Shown one piece after another: positions 13,299 through 27,665 of a stretch of 64,000 bases of DNA. The stretch comes from Paraspadella gotoi (Eukaryota > Animalia > Chaetognatha). The stretch covers positions 13,953,739 through 14,017,738 of the forward strand of contig CM119271.1 of assembly GCA_051294375.1 (NCBI GenBank), given 5' to 3'. A model generated the notes under the pieces. The model ran no database searches, was not told the origin of the DNA, and was given only the letters and a program-made list of their open reading frames with translations. The stretch's first letter is position 1; the number at the start of each line of letters is the position of its first letter. The translations under genes and the position numbers were made by a program.

Positions 13299-16200
13299 AT
13301 GTTCGATCAAGACTTTGTGGAGATGTTGCGGGGTCTCCACCCCGGCTGCGTCTGCCTCTACTTTGTCCCGCTCGTGGCAATCCTTACCATGGCGCAGTAT
13401 CCGGTCCCCGCCGCCGCCGCTATCGAGTTTCCCGTCCACCGTCTGCAGCAGTTCGATCTCGCCGGCACGGGTGAGAGATTATAGCTTTTTCTTTTTGTTA
13501 TTAAACTTAATTAGCTGACTTTTAATTAATATTCAGCCTACGGTTGCCGATCGTCCGTGTTCAACTTCGAAGCTCGCTCTCTCTCCGCTGCCCTCACCGG
13601 CTCTGGCACAATGGTGAGATGGAAAGATTGGAGATAATAAGTTTCATGTCAAAGCTGTATTAATGAAAAAGAGTTGGTACAAGCCCTTATTAGTACAGTT
13701 TTCACCAGGCTTTCCCAAACCTTTCTTGATTAGACTATTGTCGAAATGATTAAGCAAAAAAAAAAAAGCAAGGTTCGACGACGCTTTCCATTCCGCCTCA
13801 GGTCCGTCGCTGCGTCGTGGCCAAACTGAAGGATCTCGACGCGTCCATCGTGCGGAAGCTCATCGCCGAAAACGTCGGCAGCCTCTTAATCATTTTGCCT
13901 CAAGATTTGGGGCTGCGCGAGGATGAGAAAGAGGGAGAAGGAGGAGCGAGGGAAAGGCTCAAAGAGATAGAAGCCATCGTGCTTGGTCAGTGTGGTCGTC
14001 GTTGTTATCGAGTCTTGCTTTTCACCTCACCTCAGAAACTTAATTAGTTCAATTTGTTTTAATTTGAAAAAAAGATTCGATAATAAGATTCAAGATTTAA
14101 TCAGATTAAAGAGTTAATTAGTAAAAACGTTCATGATTTTTCAAAAAGACGGTTCCATCTCTCATTTGCAGGCGAAGAGACGAGCGTCCCAATGTTCTTC
14201 GCCCTCGAATCTCCCGAGTTGGACTCCGTCCACCGCGAGATCTCGACGTCGCCGGGTTCCGGCGCCGAAAAGGCCGCGACCGCTTTGCAGGTAATCGGCG
14301 TCGACTTGGTTCGATGAACGCCGGCGGCGTTGCTTGTTGGAAGTAAACGGCCGTTTCTATTTTTCCGAAGGCGTTGATGGGATCGACGACGGCCAACGGG
14401 TTTCAACTGGTCGCCGGATCTTCGGCGCCCAAGAGCATTCCCGATTTCTCTTTGTCCAATCTTCAAGGTAAACAGTCTATATACATTTTCTTTGTTGTTT
14501 AATGTTCACGTTTCCTTGGAAACGACCCCCTCCACTCCATCTTCCTCAAATCAAGGCCGCCTCCCTGGCTACGGCATCGAGGACCAGAACCCAACCGTCG
14601 TCATCGTCGCCCATTATGACGCCATCGGCGGCGCCGCCACCCTCTCCACCGGCGCCGATTCCAACGCTAGCGGCGTCGTCGCCCTCCTCGAGATCGCGCG
14701 CCTCTTCGCGAGACTTTACGCCAACAAATTGACGCACGCCAAAGTGAACTTCGTCTTCCTTCTGGCGGCCGGTGAGGCCGAGGGGGTTTATGGAATTATC
14801 AGAGTTGTTGTTGATTATTAAAAAAAAATAAAAATTGAAAAAGAAAAAAAAAATGTTATTTAAAAATAAAATTGATAATTTATTTTGAATAAAAGAATAC
14901 GTTTTTAATTTGGTTTTTAACGTTCCTTTCAATATCCTCGATTCCTCACTTCAGCGGGTAAGTTCAACTACCTCGGATCGAAGCGATGGATCGACTACCA
15001 ACTGGACGACACCGTCGACTCGGATCTTTCCTCCGTCAAGTTTGTTCTTTGCCTCGACGCTATCGGAGGATCCGAGGACGTGGAGAACCTTTACTTGCAC
15101 GTCTCCAAGCCGCCCAAGGAAGGGTCGCACGGGCACAGGTTAGAGAGGGAGAAAGGAGACTGATGACCTTTTCTCACCCCTTCCTCCTCCATAAAGTTTC
15201 TACGCCCGTTTGTCGGAGGCGGCGTCGGTCAACGGCGTGGGTCTCAAGATGGTCCACAAGAAGATCAACTTGGCCGACGATTTCCTCGCCTGGGAACACG
15301 AGCGCTTCAGCATGCGGAGACTTCCCGGCTTCACTCTCTCCGCTTTGCCGCATCACAAGACGAGCGGTCGTCGCTCCTTGACCGACGTTCGGTCCTCCGT
15401 CGATCCCTCCATCCTTCGACGCAACATCGCCGTCGTGGCGCAAGCTTTGGCCGCCGACGTCTACGACATTCCGACGCCGGCAGGCGCCGAATCCGATGAG
15501 GAAATTGGGAAGCCATCGCCGGGGTTCGTGACGGAATCTTTTCCCGGTCTCGACGTTCACCTCTTGGAATCCACGTTGAAGTTCCTCACTTCCGTCCCGA
15601 GATCCCAGCAGCTGCTCGACAAGGATAGTCAGGTGAATTTAGGAGTTGTTTAACCTCAAATTTTGCAATTTTATATTACAAAGTTACATACGCAAGACTC
15701 GATAAGAGTGAAGACGAGGAAAATTGGAGATCACAATAATCTCTTTAAAAAAAAAGTCATCCAGAATCCCATATAACGTGTTGAAGAAATAACCATTAAT
15801 AGCCTACATAGGCTGTAGCCTGTATAGTCTGTATAGCCTATACACTATATACCCCTCTGATACTCTTATTAACGCAAGCTTAAATTCCAAATGGTCCAAA
15901 CGGTCAAAAAGAGACATTTTCCAATCTTTTTCGTTTTTTATCAAGTTCACTTTCTTTTCTAATAAAAAAAATTAAAGCTATCATTTAAACCTAATTGCTA
16001 CAATATGCAAATGAGATTATTTTATAATGTTATTTTGTCTCGATTCCTCGCAGCTTCTTCAGACGCTTAATCTAACGCTCTCGAAATATTTGGGCAGCAA
16101 AGAGACGAAGCGCCAGCTCTTTAAGGCCGACCCACGCGAGCCCGAGTGGGTCTTTTACGACACCACAACGCTTCCGATGCAGGTGGGGATCGAAGGTCTT

Positions 16201-16461
16201 CAGATATTCGTACCAACTCCCTTCTTTATCCTTTCTTTCTGCTCCCAGGCGTTCAACGTGAAGCCAGCCATCTTCGATCTAATCCTGGCGGCGGGAATCC
16301 TCGCCTATCTCGGCATCGTTTATCTCTTCGTCTCCAATTTTCATTTCCTCAAAAGCGCCGTTCAGCCCTGCGTCTACCACGCCCACCACGCCGGGGTCAA
16401 CGGCGTCAACGGAAAATCCGGAAGTCCTCTGAAGAATGGCCACGCCAAGAAGATGGCCTGA
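13299..16461 (+). CDS. NCLN: Nicalin (M28-like lumenal domain, single-pass ER protein), about 10 exons
   Basis: Motifs EFPVHRLQQFDL, VIVAHYDAIG...GADSNASGVVALLEIARLF, GKFNYLGSKRW, HKKINLADDFLAWEHERFS and DPREPEWVFYD. A C-terminal TM segment is followed by a KKMA* dilysine ER-retrieval-type end. Confidence 0.93.
15998..16018 (+). promoter_or_regulatory. Representative copy of the recurrent intronic element CTACAATATGCAAATGAGATT (POU octamer core)
   Basis: 14 related copies were seen, all in introns (see findings). The function is inferred. Confidence 0.6.
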
Positions 16462-17603
16462 TTCCGGATGGGGTCGATGGTCCGTGTCAAATCTTTCTGT
16501 GTTCATCGATAAATCACGAACAGTTTTTTTCATTGTCGATTTCATTTAGTCTTAGCTCGATTTCGGTTATTTGGGGCCAAGCAATGTGTGGCAAATTCTT
16601 AGTTCACTACGTCAAGATAATATCTTCGTACGCGCAGCTCTTGCCATTTCTTTTGTTTTTTATTTTTTTTTGTTTTTTGCCACAGTTTTATTATCTTTGC
16701 TCAACTATATGTTAAAATTGAAAGCCTTTTTAGGAATAACTACTATATTTTTTTTCTGTACAATTTTTTACTTTAAGTTCTTTTAGTTATAACAATTATT
16801 TTTAGAGAAATAATCCAAGCTCACCTAGTTTTCAACTCTCCTCTCTCGATCTTTGTCTTGAAGAGGAAAAGTCTATACTTGTGCCTGTGAATCGGGAAAG
16901 AGAAGCGATTTTGTGAAGCCTTTGGTATATTTCACTTTTGCTGCATAAAAAAAAAAGATTGTGTTCGATTGACGTGACGGAAAATGAGCGCGAAGCTACC
17001 AACTGCAAAATATTGTTTTTGTGAATCGAGAGATTTTTTTCTTATTTTAGTATCGTTTTTCTTATTAGATAATTATTAATTAACAACAATAACAACCTCG
17101 TTTCGCGTCATCTTCGCCCTCGACGCCAGGATGCGGAGACTTTGCGAGGGGTGAGGAAAGGGTGAGGAAGTTTGGGGGGGGAGGGAGGAGGCGGGGTTCA
17201 CGGTGAAAAATGTTTACCACATTCACGCCATACTTATTTCTTTCCTTATTCATGAGCGGTATATACAGTATACGAATGAAATAAATAATGATCGTTTTCA
17301 AAAGTTATTGTTTTACAATTTCATTTCCTTACCCCATCACCCTCAACAGAACCTCGTCAATTAATAAAGTGCCGCAGTCGGGCGTCGACTTCCTCTCTCC
17401 CGTCGCCAAATTTTCTTTCGAACATTCCAACAAACTTCGCTTTTATTAACACTTAACTTTTTTTTCTCTTTCATCGCTTTTGAACATTCCACCTTATATT
17501 AATTCCAACCCAAAAAAAAATCATTAGTTTTTTGTTTCGGATATTTTTCCTCGGTCGTGACTTACGATTTAATTAATAATTTAAAACCAACACTAAAAAT
17601 AAT

Positions 17604-20600
17604 ATGTCGACGAATCCGCCCAAGGAAAAGCCGAAACGACCGCCACCGCCTAAATCAACTTCCCCGGCGAAAGCGATGGAGAATCGATCTGCGCCTTCGA
17701 CTTGGGCGCCTTTGACGTCGTCACCTTCCGCCTCGGCGCCTTCAATATGGGCGCCTACGACGTCGATACCTTCGACGTCTGCTCCTTTGATGTCGGCGCC
17801 TTTAAATTTGGCGACCTCGTCAGCGTCCAATCGCGCCATTTCACCATCATCAGTCTCTGTGTTGGGAGAAACTGTCAAATCAACTTCAGCCTCATCATCG
17901 TCTGATTCTGCGTTGTCTTCAAACCCAAAAAACGTTACCCTCTCGTCATTAACCAACGCTTCTGCTAAATTGTCTGGACCAAACCATGCAAAGACTAAAG
18001 TCAATGACGACGCTGAAAAAACTAATGAGAAAAACAAGGATAAAGGAAATATTTCTATGGACATTGTTCATTCAATTGATGCCAGTTCTTGCGCATCTTC
18101 ATTAAAAACATTGGCTACTATGGCGTCATCGGATTCTTCGTTGTCCACCTCACCCATGGCATTAAAGGAAACACCCCCTTTGAAGCCTTTAACCTCACCC
18201 TCCACATCTTCCTCGTCGGCGCCACTTTCCTCTCAGGCTTTTTCTACGGCGACCTCTTCATCTGCCAAAGATGACGATCTGTCAGCGACCTCTCTTCCCC
18301 TCGGCGCTCAAGCCTCTGGATCCGAGACTTCGAATCCTGCGCCGGCGCCTTGGTCCTCAGCGGGAAGTCGACCGTCCTCCTTCGATGTGATGGACACGTC
18401 GGCGGCGAAAGCGTCGGTCGCTTCCGTCGATTCGCTCCTCAAAGAGATCTCTATCATCACGAATCCTTTTTCCGCGGATTCACCGGAAGAGGACGAGGAT
18501 CTAGGTGAGGGGCTCAGGGGTCTAAGAATCAATTTCTTAATTATTTAGTTTTATTTAAGTGAACAAGGAACGGTTATTCCAAGGGGTTGCGCCGCATTAC
18601 TTTTCTTCTTACTTATCTTTTTTTAAAAAACAAAAGGCGGCGCCAGTAGTCGCTTAGATATGATTTTTAACAAATGAGTAACAAACTATAGGCAAGTTAT
18701 AAGTGGGACAGACCGACCGACCGAAAACATCTAATACATCTCGCGGCTCAACTAAAAAAACGATTTTGTTGATGAGAAAGACAGAATATATTGCTATTCT
18801 TCGCGAAATATATGATTTTCATTCCATTTCCTCATTTATCCCAAGTTATTTTTTACTGCAATATGCAAATGAGAATAATGAAATTATTTCAGCCGCCTTT
18901 GCTGGGCTTTCTTCCGACACCGGTTACTCTTCCTCAGCCGTATCTTCCTCCTCTGCATACTCAACCGTGGCGCTAAGCGGTGGCGGTGGCGGCGGCGACG
19001 GAGAGGGTCGCGATTCGCCACTAAGTCCGGCGGAGATCATTTCCGAGGGAGTCAATATGTTGCAGGTCGGAAATTTAAAGTTAGATCATTTGAAAAATGA
19101 AATAAATAATAAAATGTTAAAAAAATAAATCTCTTTTTTTTTTTCTTTTTCTGTTACTGAAGCGCTTCTTAACGCGCGACCTAGATAATCCGAGATTATC
19201 GCAAATAAAACAAATCTAAGTTTCATCTCTATTCTTCTAGAGTGCCCTAATTTGTGCCCTAATTAATTATTGAATTCAAATCCGTGTTCAACTGCTCTCA
19301 AATAAGTATCTTTGGAAACCAAACTGTTCTAACATGTAAAACACCTTAACTATAACCTTGTATTCTTAGAACCATGTAATAAAGCAGAAATAGTAACCAC
19401 ATTTTGAGATAATACAATTTCCAATCTCAGGTACAAATATTCATGGTAAGCAATGTAGAAGGACAGGTAGGCAAGAAGGAGGGTGGTGTTCAAGGAGAGG
19501 CAAGTGCAAGTTAAAACTTCAATTTGGGTTCCAGAATAGAGAATAAAACATTGGCAGTAAAGTAGTACAAAACATTATTTAAAGTGTTTTCCTTTTCATT
19601 TTTACACACGTGTTTGAATTGAGAGTAAAAGACTTGTGAAAGATAAAACTGAAACACGCTCGTTCGTTAGCTCTCGCAACAGCTGATCGCGGGGAAGAGT
19701 AAATTCAGATATTCAACGGAAACAAATGATTCTATCGATCTAAACGAAACTAAACAATTATACGCGAATAAAAAGGCATCGCTTTCTCCAGTTACCATTT
19801 CTGCTTTTTCTTACTTATTTATTCCCTGACCTCTAGGAACTGGCTCTCTCTCTCGACACTTTCGCCGATACCCAAGACGTCAAGTCCCCGGACTCTGGCG
19901 GCTCCACTGCCTCCATAGATTCCAGCGCCTCAACCACGTCCGCCGCTTCCATCACCTCGGCCGGCAACGGCGCCGCCGCCGTCGCAGAAAACGGACGCCG
20001 ACGTCGGAACCTTTACGCTAAGCGATCGAACAGCAGCGGCGAAAATGGCGTCGTCGCCGCGGGCTCCCTAATCGAGGGCGTTGCTGCTGCTTCTGCTGTT
20101 AGCGCCGAAAAGGGCGGCGTCTCTTCGAAGGGAAAGTCGATTTCTGAGACAACTGCAACAACAATAACGACGACGACGACGGCCATTCAGTCGAGCATCG
20201 ACGCCATCAAGACGCTCAACGTCCAAAGTCCTGGAGCTGAAGTGACGCGGACGTCGATGGCGGGAGACTTCGGTCGAAGAAGCGGAGACGCGAAGGAGGT
20301 CGCCGCAGCAGATCCTCCGCAGCAATCTGCTGCAGCCGCCGCTCCAGCCGAATCTTCTGCCGTCGCTCTCCAAGCCGTCGATCTCTCTCGTCGAACCTTC
20401 AACGGAGTTAAATCTGAGATGAAGCGATCGCCGACGACCGACTTCACCCTCTTTCAGGAATCCCACGCTCCCGGCGCCGCCTCTTCCGTCGTTGCCGCCG
20501 CCCTCAAAAAGTCGCCCTCTTACGACGCCGGGGGATTCAAAGCGGCGCCGATTAAAAAATCCTCGAGTTGCGATGATCATCAGCGACGCCGCGTGGCAGA

Positions 20601-23600
20601 CAAAGACGCGGAGCGCGCCAGGGAGAAGGAGTTTCGGGCGCTTAGGAGTCAGTTGGAGAGGTTGCCCAGCGGGGAGTTTACCTTACCCATTGGTGGGGAT
20701 AAAAAACCGGTGCCCGCTGTCAAGTCGACCGACAACGCCGCCGACAAAGAGGATAAATCTGCCCAACCGAACAAAGTCTCGAAATCGAATTTGACGAAAG
20801 CGGCGTCTGTGGCAACGGAAACGTCCGTCGACTCGAAAGCTTCACGGTCGACGAGATCTTCGGGGATGGCCAGATCCAACACGACAGCCTCTTCGAATGA
20901 ATCATCAAAGGAAAACGAATCTCTGAATGAAGTGGAGGTAACCAAGGATTCTTCCAATGCAACCCTTTCTGCTAAAAAGTCATCCAATAAGAATAACTTT
21001 ACAAACGGCTCTTCCATCGCAAAAACTCTTGAAACCAATCTTGCTCAGAAGTTCTCTCAAAAGCCGTCAGATTCTTCCTCGAAAGAGACTCCAACATCTA
21101 CCTTAAAAACTCCTGCTACAAACGCAACAGTGATGACGACTTCATCGGTCGCAACGACGATGAAGACGACGTCGACCACCTCCGCAATGGCAACTGCGAC
21201 GACGACCTTCGGCGACCTAAGGTGGAGTTGCGTCGAGTCTCTCAGTTCGACGATTTGCATGAAAGGCGCCTCCAATAAAACCCAGATCGCCGCATCGTCT
21301 TCGACCGTCGTCGCGGAAAAAACCAAATCGGTCGCGGACGAGATTCCGCCGCTTCCGCCTCCGACCGATTCTGCCGGAGGCGTGGAGAAAGAAATGACGG
21401 ACAGCGGATACATCAAGTCGCCGAGTTCGGACGCGTTGAAGGACGCCAAGGAAGAGGAGAAGGACGAAGCGGACAAGGACGCCGTCATCGTGGATCAAGT
21501 CAGGTCCGACGAGGGCGTTCAATCCCTCAAGGCCGCCTCCGAAACCGGCGTCGCCTCCGTCGACAAGAGTCCCGGCGCCGACGTGGTCAAATCTTCCAGC
21601 ATCGGATGGGAGGGTCGCCGCTCTGACTCTTCCGAGGCTCTGCGAGGAACGTTGAGGAAACAAAAGCGAGCCAAGTCTTCGGACGAGATCCTAGGAGATC
21701 GCGGACTCTCCGTCGCTAAGGATTCCTCCTTCGGCGACGCCACGCTCGCTGATGTCGGCGGAGGATCGGCCGTCGCCATCAAAAACGAGTCGGCCAACTT
21801 CCTCGTCGCGGCTTCGGCGAAAAACTCGCGACCGACTTCGATTAAGTTGCCCGTTAAAAAGGCGACGGTCTCCAAAGTGGACAAGGGGACGCAGAAGAGT
21901 CCGAGGAAGGACGCCAGTCGGCGAAGCGGGACTCTGCCTCGACCGAAAAAGGAAGGAAAGGAAGCGAAAGAAGTTAAAGAAGCAAAGGAAGCGAAAGAAA
22001 ACAAGGAGGGAAAAGCGGAGGAAGGAAAGGATGTGAAAAAGGCGACTGCGTCGACGCACGCATCGACGATGACGCGGTCGACCAGAAAAAGAGACAAACG
22101 GCAATTAAGCGACCCTTTGTTGTCCAAATTCAGTCCCATAAAAGAAGGAACGGAGGATCCGGCGTCGAAAAGCGCCGCTTCTAAAGATCTCGATATCTCC
22201 AGAGACTCGGCCAAGACGCCGGTGGACGTCTCCACGACGCCGCGTAACGAGTTCCCCTCCGGCGCTGCTTTTTCCAAAGCGGCGCCGTCGTCGCAGAATC
22301 TGGAATTTTCGCAACCCAATTTCGATCTGGAGGAAGAATTGTACGAAGAGTTGAAGAAAGAGGCGGAGGCCGACGAGGCGGAGAAACGGCAATGCAAAAC
22401 CTCCGACGCCGGCGAAACTTCGGCTCGTGTCGGCGGCGTCGGTTCGTCCGGCGTCGGTTCGTCCGGCGTCGCGCCCAACGAGTCGCAAGACTCCTCCTCC
22501 CTTCGAAGGGAAGTCCTCGATCAACTGTTCAACGAAGAGGCCGGAGTGGCGCCGCTTTACGCCAAAGTCGTCAAAGGCGGCGTCGCTAAGTTCGACTCTC
22601 GCCGCGAGAGGGGCTACGCGTCCGACACTGAAGAATTCGAAGCGGCGTCTCCGCCGCCGGCTCCGCGATCTTCCTCCAAGGAGAATCCGACGTCATCTTC
22701 GATGAGCGCCAAGCAGGAGACGCGGCGCCAATTGGAATTACGGCGCGAAAAGCTTAAGATGGAGATCGAGATTCGGCGTCGACAAATCGAGGAGAACGTT
22801 AGACTTCAGAACGAATTGAAAAAGAAGCGATTGGCCGCCAGCGAATTGAGGGAGATTAAGGTAAGTTGACGGATACTAAATTGATAAAAATATTAGTTTT
22901 AAAAAATTAGTTCCAAGAGAAGCGTGACACCTAGGAAAAGCTCCAAGAAAAAGTTAGGACAATATTCCAATAAATTTATGGTTTTGTAAAAGAGAGACAT
23001 TATTGATAAATTGTGGCTTTAATCGGAGGAGAAAGAGAGAGAGAGAGAGCCGCGCCTGATTTAAAGCTTGATGCCATGTTTATTTTTGTCCCTTTTATAT
23101 TTCTCCTCTCAGGAGAGAACAAAGTTTAAAATGGAAGACTTCCTTCGCAGCGAAGAACTTCTAGCAAAGAGCGAGCTCTTGACGAACCGTTTGGGCGACA
23201 ACGCTTACGTGACCATGAGAACCCGAAACCTTGACAACTTTTTGGAAGGAAGAGGCGGCGGCAGGGGGCGCGGCAGGAGAAAGATGCAGCCGCAGGGCAT
23301 CATCAAACCGCTCGGGGATGACGACGACGAGGAGGTCGACGCGGACGAGATGATGGAGAGGCGTTTCTCGCTTGACGACACGCTGGAAATGGTGAGGAGA
23401 TAGTATAAAACTACTGATGCTACAAATTTTCTTATGTTTTATTATTTTTCTTTTTTTTTAATAACAAAACCGATATAAACATTATGGAAAATCGAAAAAA
23501 CAGTAACGGTAACATTAACAGCGTAAAAAGCCTGGAACTAAGCCTAAAAACTACAAAAAATAACAAACAAAAAATATAACAAAAGACGCTGTCATCAAAA

Positions 23601-26600
23601 CTAGTAACATTACTAAAAATGTTAAAAACTACTTGATGAAAAACTGTAAAAACGAAAGTCAATGACAAATTGAAAAGAGACGTGAAACGCTAAAAACGTC
23701 AAAAGACTGAATAAGTAATCTTTAATGACATTTACTTTTGTTTTGTCTACAGAGAAAACTTGCGGATCGAAACTGCGTGGAAACTTGGAGGGTCGACAAC
23801 CACCCGATTTATAATCAGTGAGAATTGATATCTATTTAATTAATATTCACATTATTATTTTTGGGATTTCTAAAATAAATTTCCGCCCAATTTAATAAAG
23901 AATACTAATTCGTTAATTTGAAACTACAATATGCAAATGAGAATAACGAATTTAATCTCGAAGGCCATCTCATTGCCGCAACCAATCGGCGACGCTCAGC
24001 AAATACTCGGCCAGCGATTTGATCGGATTCGAAGAGAAGATGAACAAATTTTATGGCGGAGTCGAGAGAGCTCCGGTCGACGTCAGATTCTCCAAGCACG
24101 CCACCATGGACGTCGGGAGGAGCAAAGCCTTTTTGGAGGGTCTCAGGTGAGTCGCGCGTCGGAAGACTTCAGAATCGAATTTGGATGTCGACTAAGATTT
24201 TTGATTTTTTTTTGTCCCTCAGATCCATGAGACTGGAAGGGTCTTAGCAGCGGACGGAAGGTGATAACCTCGACAACGGTTACTCGATGCAGCAACAGCA
24301 ACAATCGCAACTCTACGATACCGTCTACGGGTCCACCCATCACCCGGACGACAAGAGCCTGATGCATTACCTGCAACAGCAGGAAATTCAGCAGCAGCAG
24401 CACCTCTTCCCGTCTAACTCGAGCAACTTCCGCGACCAGTTCCGTCTGGCCGAGTTTCAGAACCGGCTCTTCTCCGACGGGAACCTGCAGGGAAACTTGC
24501 TCAGATCGGGGAGTTCCACGTTGTCCAACCTTCCGTCGAGATCCGCCGCCAGATTCCTTCCTGACTCGGACCCTCGTCAATGTCCTTCGCATTCGGGCGC
24601 CTCTCACTTGCCGCCCAGCATCGCCAAACTCAAGGCCGAGCACCTGGGACTAAGGGCCATGGCTCAGTCCACGGACAGACTCTTTCAGCGGGGTAAGTCG
24701 ATTGTACAGGGTGATCTTGGGGAAAGAATCTCACTTACCTTCTCCCTCTTCAGATTATCCGCTTCGTCCGTCCGGCAGCGAAAACAGCATCGGATCCGAC
24801 GAACCAATCATGGAGAGGATGGGCGAGGGCGGCCTTACCATTCAGCGCTCCAGCACGTTGCTTCAGAAGCAGAGGAGCAAAGGTAAATCAAGTCGAAAAC
24901 TCCTCTGCTCTTTTGTTTACTTCGAAATTTTTGCGTCCTTGTTTTTTTAAACTAGAATTTTTTGTTCGTTTTAAATCATAACTTATACAAGATTATTAGT
25001 CGTTTTATTTTGAATGGAAACAAAAAATCTGCCCGTTTCTTTATTCGAATCTATCATTCGAGTGTCTTTGAATCCAGGCCTCTTGCCTACGAGCTTGTCG
25101 TCTGGCCTCCGCCCTGCGGCGACGACGACGACGGCGACCAAAGATTTGTCCTACGCGAAGATCGCGACTCTCTCCACCAACAATCTCCTCCTCACCTTCG
25201 ACCCTAAGGAGAAGTTGCGCAAGGGCGGCAACGGATTCGGGGTCGGCATCATCGGCGGCAAGCTCATTCCTGGTTCGTCCCTTACTTTTCCAGACGACGT
25301 TGCTCCATTGCGTCGCGAGTCTGTTAAAAAATTACTCGCGACTCGTTTATCAACAGGCGGCGACGGCGAGATCGGCGCCTTCATCGCCAACATTCTCCCC
25401 GGAAGTCAAGTGGCTCACCTCCGCGACGCCGTCCGCGAGGGCGACCAGGTCCTCGAGTGGAACGGGGTCAACCTCATCGGGAAGACCTTCGAGGACGTGG
25501 AGAAGATCATCGCCGCCTCCGAGAACGAGGTGGAGATGGTGGTCCTTCGCGGCGCCGTCGCCGCTTACCCGCCGCCGGGTCCTCGCGGGTCGAAACGCGG
25601 AGTCGGAGTTGGCGGCGTCGAATTGGTCGATCCGCACGCCACTTACGATCTTCCATCTTCTCTCTCCTCGTCCTCTTCCCGCCCTTTGTTTCGCGACGGC
25701 GCCGTCGACGCCGCCCCGCCGCCTTTCGATTTCTCCCGCGGCGCCTGGGACGCTCCATCGGCTGCCGCATCGACGCGGCACTCTGCCCCGGAATCGATCG
25801 CCAACCCCTTGAGCAACACCCTTCGCCACTACTCCAACCATCGGCTGAACCAAACCCAACTGGCACGGGATCTTCGCGTGGTCAGCGCCAGCGGCAACGC
25901 CACCTACGCTCACCTCGAGTACTCCGATCCCCGCCAGACAGAGATTCAGTGGCGCAGGGCGGCGGCGGACCGCGAGACGGAGGCGGCGTTAGAGGCGGGT
26001 CCCGTTTACGACAACTCTGTCCACCGGGCGCAAAACGCGGCGCGATTGAAGGAGGAACAAATGCTGCTTATGCAACAGCAACAACAGCAATCACGCGTTG
26101 AAGGTCCGATGAGCGTCTCGTCGTCGTATTCGTTGCAGCTGCAAAAACAACAACAGCCACAGCAGCAGCAGCATTCGAGGGAGAGCACCCCCGGTCAATC
26201 GACGCCGTCTCGTTCATCGTCGCCGATGCAACAGCCGGACAGCATCAGTTCGCCGTCTTCCTCCTCATCCGGCAAATGGCAGCAGCCGCCGCCTCAGCCG
26301 CCTCAGCATCATCCTTACGCCATTGCCGACATATCATCTTTATCATTGGAACATCCAGGCGAAACGCGCGTCCGCTCTTTGTCATCTTCTCCACATGAAA
26401 CGTTGGAAACGCCCAAGGATCCGACGCAGCCTTTTTGCGCCGGGGACTCATTTGCGACGCTCGTTCACCCGGGCGCCAACAGTCAACAGCAACCACAGCC
26501 ACAATATCACGGAACTACCTCCCAGGCTTCATCCGCATCCCAGTCCGATATTCAGCAATTGCAACAACAACAACATCAGCAGCAACAGCAGTTGCAGCAA

Positions 26601-27665
26601 AACATCCTCGCTCAGCTTCAGAGCGGATCCCTGAGCCAGGCGGACGCGGCCGCCGTCGCCGCACACCTGCCACCGGGATCTCTGCTCGACGTCTTTCATC
26701 ATCGAATTACCGACGTCGGCGGTCAGCAGCAGCAGAAACAGCAACAGCATCAACAGTATAAACTGCAGCATCAGCCGCCGCAGCAACATCAGCAAGGTTA
26801 TTTGTCTTTGGAGCGATCGAACAAATCTCCCGGAGGTCGCGGCGCCACCGGCGAACTCCAGCTCAAGTTCTTCTACGAGTCGATCACCCAGAGCCTTAAC
26901 ATCACCATCATCAAAGGCGCCAATCTGCTCTCGCTCGATGGATCCGGGTTGTGCAATCCTTTCGTCAAGGTCAGTGAAAACAAGGTAGAGAAAGTTGGAC
27001 TCTTCGTCCTAAAGATTAACTTATTAATGGAAATTAGTAACTTGATACCACGACAATATCCAAATGAGATTAATGGACGCAACCCGTGTAGAAATGTTGA
27101 TTGTATCTTCCTTTTGTCACAGGTTTACCTCCTCAACACCCGAACTCCCGAGAACAAACGACGAACGAAGACGATCACGAAGACAGTGAACCCAGAGTGG
27201 AATCAAACGCTCGTCTATTCCCCGGTTCTCGCATCCGAACTTCGATCCAAGACGCTCGAATTTACCGTTTGGGATTACGACAGGTCGAGATTATTAATTG
27301 ACGCAACGAGTCATTCGTCATTTATAATAGTCGTGCCAATTTTATCGACCTCGTTGATCGGGAAATGTTTAAGATTTTCGGGATATTTACATCTACCGAT
27401 AATAAGAATATAAAAAAACTACCGCTGGCTTCTCTCGTTATCGTTTTCTTCAGGGAAATTAGTCTCGATCACTCATTTTTCTAATATCTTTCTCTCCCTT
27501 CCCCTCCCTCTTTTCTCCATCAGATTTAAACCGAACGACTTCCTCGGCGAAGTCATCGTGGATCTTGACGATTCCCCTTTTCTCGATAACAAACCGCGAT
27601 GGTTCAAGCTCCACAAGCAGGGAGGGCGTCAACCCTTTCTCACTCTGGGCCACAAGCGAATCTGA
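17604..27665 (+). CDS. Piccolo/RIM-superfamily active-zone protein: long S/T/K-rich region, coiled coil, PDZ, polyQ, one C2 domain
   Basis: The PDZ reads GNGFGVGIIGGKLIPG|GDGEIGAFIANILPG...GDQVLEWNG. The C2 reads GELQLKFFY...NPFVKVYLL...KRRTKTI...NPEWNQTLVY...WDYDRFKPNDFLGEVIVDL...DNKPRWFKL, close to Piccolo C2A (WDYDRFSSNDFLGEVLIDL...DNTPRWY). Upstream exons (17604-18503, ~18893-19065, 19837-22860, 23114-23391 and others) join in frame. Confidence 0.78.
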
